A stretch of 23,389 nucleotides of DNA from a bacterium (GTDB taxonomy: Bacteria > SAR324 > XYD2-FULL-50-16): the NCBI GenBank assembly GCA_032250835.1, contig JAVVEA010000026.1, positions 1-23,389 of the forward strand, read 5' to 3'. This document shows positions 6,959-14,739 of this stretch, piece after piece. The stretch's first letter is position 1. The number at the start of each line of letters is the position of its first letter. The position numbers were made by a program, and so were the translations under genes. The notes below the pieces were generated by a model that worked only from the letters and a program-made list of their open reading frames with translations, ran no database searches and was not told the origin of the DNA.

Positions 6959-8020
6959 ATGCGCAAAGGATTGTTGGTGATGGCTGCTTTAGCGGCGGCC
7001 CTCTACTCGGTTCCGACCCAAGCGGCCCTCTTGGGCGGCGACGATTTGGCCAAGTGCAAAAACGACATGGTCGCCACGGAGCTGAAATATAAGTATTGTT
7101 ATAAAGACAAAATTTCAGCAGAACGCGAATTAGAGCAACTACGCCGCCAGTATAACAACGAGACGGCGAACTTTAAGAAGACCATCGCCGATCTAGAGCG
7201 CCAGTTAGAAAGCCTGACCTCGGAACTAGAGGCCCTGCGCCTGGAACTGACCCAAGAAAAGGACCTTTCGGCCCAACGCATTGCGGAGTTAAACGCCACC
7301 ATCGACATCCTGCGCACCAAGAGCAGCGGACGGGAACAGGAGTTGATGAAAGCCCAAAAAGAGGCCGAAGCGCGTTACCAAAAGCAAATCGCCGATTTGC
7401 AGCAGCAACTTAAAGATCAGGGTGATGCCCACCGCAAAGCGCTGGAAACGCTCCGCCAAGAACGGGATGCCGAGGTGGCCAAGTTGCAACAGATGGTGGA
7501 CAACTTGACCGAAGAATTGGCGAGCCTCAAGAAGTTGACCAAGGCCCAAAAAGAAGAGTTGGAGCGCCTCAAGGCCCAAGAAGACGAATTGGCCAAACAG
7601 TTGGAAAAAGAAATCCAGGCTGGCGAAATCCGCCTGAAAAAGTTCCACGACAAGCTGATCATCAACGTAGACAACCGCATATCTTTTGATTCGGGCTCGG
7701 CGGAATTAAAGAAGGAAGTCTTTGTGGCCTTTAAAAAGATCGGTAAGATCTTAGCCAGCTACCCGGAAAACCGGATCATGATCGAAGGACATACCGACAA
7801 CGATGCCTATCGGGGCAGCACCTTTAAGGACAACTGGGAGCTGTCGACCGAACGGGCCTTGTCGGTATTGCGCAACCTACTGAAAAACCAAGACCTAGAC
7901 CCCAACCGCTTCAGCGCCGTTGGCTACAGCGAATACCAGCCCATTGTCCCCAATGATTCAAGCCAAAACAAAGCCTTGAACCGCCGGGTGGATATTGTGG
8001 TGGTGCCCCGCGCTAAATAG
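6959..8020 (+). CDS. Exported coiled-coil protein with a C-terminal OmpA/MotB-like peptidoglycan-binding domain
   Basis: Signal peptide ending TQA; heptad-rich middle region; FDSGSAEL, IEGHTDN, NWELSTERA.SV, GYSEYQP..PN......NRRVDI motifs. Confidence 0.9.
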   Translation: MRKGLLVMAALAAALYSVPTQAALLGGDDLAKCKNDMVATELKYKYCYKDKISAERELEQLRRQYNNETANFKKTIADLERQLESLTSELEALRLELTQEKDLSAQRIAELNATIDILRTKSSGREQELMKAQKEAEARYQKQIADLQQQLKDQGDAHRKALETLRQERDAEVAKLQQMVDNLTEELASLKKLTKAQKEELERLKAQEDELAKQLEKEIQAGEIRLKKFHDKLIINVDNRISFDSGSAELKKEVFVAFKKIGKILASYPENRIMIEGHTDNDAYRGSTFKDNWELSTERALSVLRNLLKNQDLDPNRFSAVGYSEYQPIVPNDSSQNKALNRRVDIVVVPRAK

Positions 8021-9878
8021 CTTTAGGGCCTATCTGGCCCCAAAGTTCTCGCAAAGCGGCCAAGCGTAGCGGCTTGGCCAAATAGCCATCAAAAGGACAG
8101 TCCGCTTCACCTAACCCCACTTCGCTGACCTCTAGGGCACTCAGGGCGATCAATTTGGGTTGGCGCTCTAGTTCCGCTACCTTTTGGGCCGTTTCAAAGC
8201 CATCTATCCCCGGCAGTTGGAGGTCCATCAAGACCATATCCATCGCTTCACGCTTCAGCCAGACCAAGGCCTCGGGCCCGTTAAAGGCCTGGAATACCTC
8301 GGCCCCGGCGGCTTCTAAGACCAACTGAGCCAAATGGATTTGGGCCGGTTCGTCGTCCATCACCAACACTTTAAGACCCTCTAGACTACAAGGCACCGGC
8401 TTGACTTGGGGCACGGCACCGCGAGGCAAGGTGAACCAGAAGGTGGCCCCGGCCCCTTTTTTACTGCGCACCCCGATCTCGCCGCCGTTGAGCTGAACAA
8501 ATTCTTTACAAAGCAGCAGGCCCATCCCGCTGCCTTGCTCGTTGGAGGTGCCCGGCTGGCTGATTTTGGCTTCGCTGGGCGCGAAGATTGCGGCTTGATT
8601 GGCAGGGTCCACCCCGACCCCTTGGTCACTGACTTCGACAAAGATCTGGTTGTCTTGGGGCCAAGCCCGTAACATCAAAACCCCGCCTTCAAAGGAGTAC
8701 TTGATCCCGTTATTGACCAGATTGCGCAACACCGTCTCGGCCAGGCGGACGTCCCCCTTGGCAAAGCAGTTTGCGGCAATGTCGGCCTTTAGCTTAACCC
8801 GCTTGCTCTGGGCCATTTCATTAAAAAGTTCCAAAACCGGGATCACCAGTTCGGATTCTAAGTCAAAGTCCACCGGATGGGCTTTGATGCGTCCTTGTTG
8901 GGACTGAGCCCAGGTTAAGAGACTTTCAAACTGACCGGCCACCCGTTCGGTAGAGCGCCAACAGATTTGCAGGGTGTCGGGTTTAACCTCTACCATACCC
9001 TTGACCATACATTGCAGCAGCAACGCCACGCTACTCAAAGGCCCCCGGAGGTCATGGGCAATGATGGAGAAGAACTTATCTTTGGTTCTGTTGGCCTCCT
9101 GCAACTCAGCGCTCAACGCCTCCAGTTGCTCATGTTTGGCCCGTTGGTCGGTGATGTCGATGATCGTTGCCAAGCCGGTAGGTACGCCTTGGTAGGGGAT
9201 CATGTTGCCAAAAACCTCGATCCAGCGGACCTCTTTGGACTTAGTGAGGATGCGGATTTGATAGCGTGAAGGTGCCGGTTCGCCCCGCTGGCGGGCTTCG
9301 CCCTGGGCCTTGATGCGGGCCTGCTCCTCGGGGTGGATCACATGGGCAAAGTGCATGCCCACCAGCTCTTCGCGGCTGTAGCCGGTGATCTCAGAAACCT
9401 TGGGGTTGGCGTAAAAGAGGCGGTCGTTTTGGAAGAGGAAAAACCCGGCTTGGATGGCGTCTAGCAGAACCATCAAGTCCTGATTGTCCTGCTCTACCAG
9501 GCCATGATAGCCCAATTGAGAGACGTCTTGGATCGTTGAGAGTAGGCCCGTTACCTGCCCCTGGGCGTCTTTTTCCAGCTCACCCCGGCAGCAAAGGATG
9601 CGCAAGAGTCCGTCTGGGCGGATCAGACGGAGGTTGTAAGCGTAACCCCGTTGTTCCTTAACCGCCCCGTCCAGCGCTTGTTGCAGGCCTACCTGATCGT
9701 CTTTAAACAGCCGTTTCAAGAAGCGCTCCAGCGGCTCCTCATGGTCTAACGGTAGCCCCAGCAGTTGGCAGGCCTGTGCGGAAAAGCTCACCTGTCGGTC
9801 GCTCAAGTCCAGAGACCAAAGACCAATTTGACCTAGACGTTGCAGCCGATCAAAGGCCTGCGGATGTTTAAAACCCAT
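8013..9878 (-). CDS. Cytoplasmic hybrid sensor histidine kinase (PAS-PAS-HisKA-HATPase-REC)
   Basis: Two PAS/PAC repeats (R.IRPDG..R; ITGYSREEL.G...IHPE...WIE); H-box FFSIIAHDLRGPL; N-box NLVNNGIKYS; DQGVG; GSGMGL; receiver VMDDE..MDLQLPGIDG..KP. No transmembrane segment evident. Confidence 0.93.
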   Translation of the reverse strand: MGFKHPQAFDRLQRLGQIGLWSLDLSDRQVSFSAQACQLLGLPLDHEEPLERFLKRLFKDDQVGLQQALDGAVKEQRGYAYNLRLIRPDGLLRILCCRGELEKDAQGQVTGLLSTIQDVSQLGYHGLVEQDNQDLMVLLDAIQAGFFLFQNDRLFYANPKVSEITGYSREELVGMHFAHVIHPEEQARIKAQGEARQRGEPAPSRYQIRILTKSKEVRWIEVFGNMIPYQGVPTGLATIIDITDQRAKHEQLEALSAELQEANRTKDKFFSIIAHDLRGPLSSVALLLQCMVKGMVEVKPDTLQICWRSTERVAGQFESLLTWAQSQQGRIKAHPVDFDLESELVIPVLELFNEMAQSKRVKLKADIAANCFAKGDVRLAETVLRNLVNNGIKYSFEGGVLMLRAWPQDNQIFVEVSDQGVGVDPANQAAIFAPSEAKISQPGTSNEQGSGMGLLLCKEFVQLNGGEIGVRSKKGAGATFWFTLPRGAVPQVKPVPCSLEGLKVLVMDDEPAQIHLAQLVLEAAGAEVFQAFNGPEALVWLKREAMDMVLMDLQLPGIDGFETAQKVAELERQPKLIALSALEVSEVGLGEADCPFDGYLAKPLRLAALRELWGQIGPKAI

Positions 9879-10010
9879 TTAAATCCCAGAATAATTCCAA
9901 TCAATCCGTCAAAAGACTTAGAGAAGTCTAACACGGGCCTAATGAAAGCTAAAGCTTTGTTGCAGGCCCAGTTTGGAAAGAATTGGTAAAATCAGCTCTG
10001 GGATATGCCC

Positions 10011-12512
10011 CTAGGCCTTTTCCTTACCAAAGGGCTTCAAAAAGATAATCAACTCAGGTAGTAGTGTCAAAGCCGCTACCAGTGCGACCACCATAGCCAT
10101 ACCCGTCAGCAAACCAAAGAATATGCTGGGGATAAAGTTGCTGATCACCAAGATCGAGAAGCCAATCACAATGGTCACCGAGGTGTAATACATGGCGTAA
10201 CCGATGCTTTCGTGGCAGCGATGCATAGTGGCCACATAGTTGTGGTCTTTCTCGAACTCGATCTTGAAGCGGTGGATGTAGTGGATCGTGTCGTCCACCG
10301 CGATCCCCACGCTAATCGCGGCGATGGTGATGGTCATCATGTCCAAGGGAATATCCGCCCAGCCCATAAAGCCCAATACGGTCCCGACACTCAAGACGTT
10401 GGGCAGAATGGCGATCAAGGCAATCTTAAGGCTCCTAAAGAGGATCAAGAACATCACCATCAAGACCGCCAAAACCGCGCCCAGCGTCTTGATCTGCGAA
10501 TCGTAGAGACTTTGTAACATGTTGTTGTACATCACCAACATCCCGCTCAGGCGGAAGCGGTCGGGCTCAAGCCCCAGGTCGTCTTGTAGGCCCTGGCGGA
10601 TTTGCTTGAGCAGCTCGTCGCGCCTCAGGTCCGGCTCAGAATCGCGCACCCGGATGGCAAAGCGGACTTGGTCGCGCTCAACATCCACATAGGGGTCCAT
10701 GATGATCTTCTTGAAGCGGTCCGGAAGTTCGTTGTAAACCAGCGCCAGCTTGAAGTTGTCCAAGGGTTCCCCCTCGTTGAGCGTCTTGCCTACCTTAAGC
10801 ATGGTGCCCAGCGAGAGCACCTTACCGGTTTCTTTATATTGATCTAAGTAGTCGTGCACCTTCTCCACCTCGGCCATCTTGGCGGCGGTGAACCAATATT
10901 GGGCTTCATCGGCCGTCTCGGCGAATTCAGCTTCAAAGGCGTCGAAATCCGAAAACTCGTCTTCTGAAGCCGCAACCGCAGGCTGGGCCGCTTCCTCTTG
11001 GGGCTTAGAGAAGTTTAGGGTCACGTCCAAGGGGGTGGTGCCGCCTAGGTTTTGGTCGATCACCTTCATGCCCTGATAGATTTCGGTAGACTCCTTAAAG
11101 TAGTCAATGAAGCTGTTTTCCACCCGCAGCCTAGCTGCCCCGACCACACAAAGCACCAGCAAAACGCCACTGACGCCCAACACCCACTTCCCCCGGTGTT
11201 CGGTCAGGTCGGCGAACCGTTTGGTGATCACAAAATGGGATTCAAAGGCTTTGTTCGCCTCGATCTTCGGCAGCAAGATCAACACCGCCGGGAAGATCAA
11301 GAAGACCAAGAAAAGGGTCACAAAGATTCCCACCGACATCATCCAACCGAAGTTGATCACCGGCAAGATGCCCGAAAGCAACAGAGACGCGAAGCCGGCA
11401 ACGGTGGTCAAGGCCATGAAGGCGCAGGGCTTAAACATAGAGGCCGATGCTTCGGCGACCAGTTCTTTTTGGCTCGCCTCAGGCATCAGTTCCACGAGTT
11501 CACGGTACTTGACAATCAGGTGGATGGTCAGCGCCATGGTGATGATGATCTGGATGCTGATGAAGTTAGAGCTGATCACCGTGACTTCCCACCCGAAGAT
11601 TCCCAAAAAGCCTGCCGTAGCTAAGACCGAAGTCCCGCAAGTCAGCAGAGGGATCAAGATCCAGCGGGCCTGACGGAAGATGAACCAGAGGGTGGCCACC
11701 AAAAAGACCAAGACCCCGGTCCCGAAAAAGCGCAGGTCGTTTTTGACGAAGGTCACCAAGTCGTCGGCAATCATGGTCACGCCGCCCAAAAACAGGTCCG
11801 CTTGATCGTTATGGCGGGCGATCAGGGCGCGCATAGCTTGAATGAACTCGTGGTCTTTGACGCGCATCTCGTCGCGGTGGGTCTTAAAATCCACCTGTAA
11901 CTGGTCTAGTTCGGCCTGTTCGGCCCCACTCAGGCCTTCAGTCCGTTGCTTTTCGCGCAATTCGTAGCGGCGCTTGACTAGGTCGCGCCAGGTCTTGTCG
12001 TCTTTGAGGTTGACCAGAATCGCACTGGTGGTGAAGGCCTGATTGACCAGATGTTCCTGGTAGATCGGGCTGTTGAGCAATTCCTTCTTGGCCAGTTCCT
12101 TGTCGATCCAGGGAGTCCGCAGGGTGGGGACATCGTCGAGCAGTTCCTTGATCGGCTTCGGCGGGGATTCTAACAAAGGCACATCCCAAAGGGTCAAGAC
12201 GTCATTAACGCGTTGGATCTTTTCCAAATCCGCCTTGATCGCGTCCATATGCTCGCGGGTTGCGTCGTCGAGCAGGCTACGCCCCTCCTTGGGGGTATAA
12301 GTGATCACTAAGAAATCGGGGCTATAATAACGCTCGTTGACTAGGCGGCTATAACGTAGGTCCGGGTCGTCTTCGAGCAGCAGCGTCTCGCTGGAAGCGT
12401 CCACCTCTAACTTAGAGGCCTCGTAGCCCAGTCCCGCTAAGACCAACAGCAAGCCCAAAAGCAACGCGATGGGGTACTTGAGGATGAAGTTTAAGTAAAA
12501 ATTCCGTAGCAT
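10011..12512 (-). CDS. MMPL/RND-superfamily lipid transporter (HpnN/MmpL-like)
   Basis: 833 aa with two repeats of 1 TM + large periplasmic loop + 5 TM; LGGTTPLDV, LFRSLK.ALIAILPN, GIAVDDTIHY, FGLLTG....ALVAALTLLP motifs. Confidence 0.92.
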   Translation of the reverse strand: MLRNFYLNFILKYPIALLLGLLLVLAGLGYEASKLEVDASSETLLLEDDPDLRYSRLVNERYYSPDFLVITYTPKEGRSLLDDATREHMDAIKADLEKIQRVNDVLTLWDVPLLESPPKPIKELLDDVPTLRTPWIDKELAKKELLNSPIYQEHLVNQAFTTSAILVNLKDDKTWRDLVKRRYELREKQRTEGLSGAEQAELDQLQVDFKTHRDEMRVKDHEFIQAMRALIARHNDQADLFLGGVTMIADDLVTFVKNDLRFFGTGVLVFLVATLWFIFRQARWILIPLLTCGTSVLATAGFLGIFGWEVTVISSNFISIQIIITMALTIHLIVKYRELVELMPEASQKELVAEASASMFKPCAFMALTTVAGFASLLLSGILPVINFGWMMSVGIFVTLFLVFLIFPAVLILLPKIEANKAFESHFVITKRFADLTEHRGKWVLGVSGVLLVLCVVGAARLRVENSFIDYFKESTEIYQGMKVIDQNLGGTTPLDVTLNFSKPQEEAAQPAVAASEDEFSDFDAFEAEFAETADEAQYWFTAAKMAEVEKVHDYLDQYKETGKVLSLGTMLKVGKTLNEGEPLDNFKLALVYNELPDRFKKIIMDPYVDVERDQVRFAIRVRDSEPDLRRDELLKQIRQGLQDDLGLEPDRFRLSGMLVMYNNMLQSLYDSQIKTLGAVLAVLMVMFLILFRSLKIALIAILPNVLSVGTVLGFMGWADIPLDMMTITIAAISVGIAVDDTIHYIHRFKIEFEKDHNYVATMHRCHESIGYAMYYTSVTIVIGFSILVISNFIPSIFFGLLTGMAMVVALVAALTLLPELIIFLKPFGKEKA

Positions 12513-12536
12513 CAGGGACCTTGGTTGCTTTAGATT

Positions 12537-13139
12537 TTAATTGGCAGCGGGGATCTTCAATTCGCCGGATTTGCGCATCTTGTTGAGCAAGTCTTCGGCG
12601 TTTCCTTTGGACATCAACCCCTCAAACTGACTGCGGTAGGTCTGCACTACGCTAACGCCTAGGATCACCACATCATAAACCTGCCAGCCCTGCCGGCCCT
12701 TAAAAAACTTATAAACCATCTCCATGGCCTCGCCGCCGCTGATCAGCTTGGTGGTCACATAGACCCGGCTTTTGACCTGTTGGGCCTCTTCGACCTCAAC
12801 CCGCTCGTTGGTGTAAAGGTCCAATTTTTCCAGATAAGATTCCTGCAAACGGACCACAAAGAGCTTAAGGAACTCGGCCTGTTGGGCTTCATTCATTTGG
12901 CTCCAATACTTCTTTCCCAGGCTGAGTTTGGCCATTTGGTCGAAGTCAAAGATCGGGTCGATGGCTTCGATAATCTTGGCGTTGCGGGTGGGCTTATCTA
13001 GGTTCGACTTTTGGAGCAGGTTGATCACCTGATCGATCTTATTTTTGGTCAACTGGGTCAGTTCGTCTGTTTCGGCGGCCCAAAGCGGGTTCGCCAGGAA
13101 AAGGACCAATAGAGATGAAATTAGGGTTATCGCTTTCAT
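12537..13139 (-). CDS. mlaC: MlaC/Ttg2D/HpnM-family periplasmic lipid-binding shuttle protein
   Basis: Signal peptide; FDFDQMAKLSLGK.W, Q..EF..LF, WQVYDV.ILGVS.VQTYRSQF motifs. Start at ATG 13139 with a GAGGA RBS at 13146-13150 inside the end of mlaA. Confidence 0.88.
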   Translation of the reverse strand: MKAITLISSLLVLFLANPLWAAETDELTQLTKNKIDQVINLLQKSNLDKPTRNAKIIEAIDPIFDFDQMAKLSLGKKYWSQMNEAQQAEFLKLFVVRLQESYLEKLDLYTNERVEVEEAQQVKSRVYVTTKLISGGEAMEMVYKFFKGRQGWQVYDVVILGVSVVQTYRSQFEGLMSKGNAEDLLNKMRKSGELKIPAAN

Positions 13140-13141
13140 GA

Positions 13142-14125
13142 TCAATCCTCGATTTCTTTTAAGCGGTTTTGTTCATAGCTATCCCGCAAGAAGGGATAGA
13201 GGTCGAAGGCATCTTTCTTGAGGCTTTCATAGGCCCCTAAGTTGATCGAGGCGTAGTTGATCTCCTCGGCCACCCAGTAACCATAGCCATATTTACGTTT
13301 GTCTTGGCAGGTAACTAGGTCGTTACAAAAGACGGGGTCCACAAAGGAGTCGGGAGCCAGCGCCAGCGCGTCGCGCAGGTTTGAAGGACCCAACACCGGC
13401 AAAACAATGTGTGGGCCCGGACCCACACCCCAGACGGCCAAGGTCTGGCCAAAGTCTTCGTCATGGGCCTCTAAACCGAACCATTCATAGGCGGGATCAA
13501 AGAGGCCCAAAAGGCCAACGGTGCTGTTGATCACAAACCTGGCCGTCTCCTCACCAGCGTCTACCACTTCGGCTTGCAGCAGGTTGTTGACCAACCGGAT
13601 TGGGTACCAGATATTTTTAAAAAACCGGTTGATGCTATTTTGGACGCCGTCGGGCATCACCCAATCCCAGCCCGTGGCCACCGGCTTTAAGACCCAAAAG
13701 TAGAGCCGGTCGTTGACCGTCGTCATGGAGCGGTTGTAGGAGTCTAGCCAGTCTTCTTCAGGGGCCGCTTCGGTGGCGAACTCGTCTTCAAAGCTTTCAA
13801 AGCCCCCAAAGCCATCGCCTGGTGCCCCATCAGAGAACCCCGCGTCCATTTGGTCATCGTTCTGCACCAGTTGGATAAAGTTCTCTTGGCGCTCAAATAG
13901 GGCGTAGACCGGAGCTTCACCTTTAAAGTCGGCTAGCTGGACCGCCAAACTGGGCGCAGAGGCGGCTTCGGGCGGCTCCGCTGGGTAAGGCTGCGTCAGC
14001 TCCAGGGCCGAACTGTGTTTTGGTTGACTCGGCAAAGCCTGAGCCACCGGAAGCCAGATCAAACAGACCAAGAGCCCCCATAAAAGGGATCCAAAAGGGC
14101 CTGGGTTTATAGCTGTGCGGTTCAT
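13142..14125 (-). CDS. mlaA: MlaA/VacJ-family protein with a long N-terminal extension
   Basis: D.L..YNR.M..VND.LY, RF.INST.GLLGLFD.A, EDFGQTL..WGVG.GP..VLP.LGPSNLRD, D.Y...RD.Y.Q.R motifs. Start uncertain (ATG 14125 preferred; track start 14182). Confidence 0.9.
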   Translation of the reverse strand: MNRTAINPGPFGSLLWGLLVCLIWLPVAQALPSQPKHSSALELTQPYPAEPPEAASAPSLAVQLADFKGEAPVYALFERQENFIQLVQNDDQMDAGFSDGAPGDGFGGFESFEDEFATEAAPEEDWLDSYNRSMTTVNDRLYFWVLKPVATGWDWVMPDGVQNSINRFFKNIWYPIRLVNNLLQAEVVDAGEETARFVINSTVGLLGLFDPAYEWFGLEAHDEDFGQTLAVWGVGPGPHIVLPVLGPSNLRDALALAPDSFVDPVFCNDLVTCQDKRKYGYGYWVAEEINYASINLGAYESLKKDAFDLYPFLRDSYEQNRLKEIED

Positions 14126-14739
14126 CTGATAGGAACAAAAATTTGGTTTCGCTTGGCCTTGAAAACCGCAGGTTACTTCCATTTGGGCCTAAGGTAAAGC
14201 CCTCTTAACCGTAAAGGTTGGGAGTTTTTTCAGCCTCTTAATTCTTAAGTCGAAACGCGCCAAAGGGGGCTTAACGGCTGGACTCAGCGGGCGGAAAGCC
14301 TAGCCTGTTCGTGGCGGCGTGGCCACAGCGGGCTCCAGTAGTCGAGTAAAGGCCTCTAACCGAGTCGGCGCAAGACTGGCCCCGGAACCTTTAGCCCTGC
14401 GAGTTCGGAGGCAAAGCACTCCTTCAGGGACGAGCCTAAGGAAAGTCCTTGGGAGCAAGCCGGTGATTTGCCCAGCTAGGCACCGCATAAAACGATTCAC
14501 CTTTCGCCCCCCTAAAAAAAAGGCGATGCGGATCAGCCAGGGAAGAGACCCCAGAAAACCAAAAAATTTTACCAAAAAAATTTGGGTCTTTTCCCTAGTC
14601 CCCCAAGGTACACTCTCTGGGGTTTTAGATACAATCGGCCTAAAATGTCCCAGAAACACCTATAGATTTTTAAAAGTTGATCCGGTAAACATATTAACCG
14701 GAGGAGGGCCCTTGGACGTAAACCCTAGTATCGGAGCTC

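Noticed and set aside
6959-8020. Flagellar stator motB
   Set aside because: No Asp-containing MotB transmembrane motif and no adjacent motA; only the peptidoglycan-binding domain is shared.
10011-12512. Naming the MMPL gene hpnN
   Set aside because: No hopanoid synthesis genes in the window, and orthology cannot be established by eye.
14409-14441. c-di-GMP-I riboswitch-like words (GGCAAA...GGGACG...GCCTAAGG)
   Set aside because: No GNRA-capped P2 stem, no GCAAAGC junction, and spacing too short.
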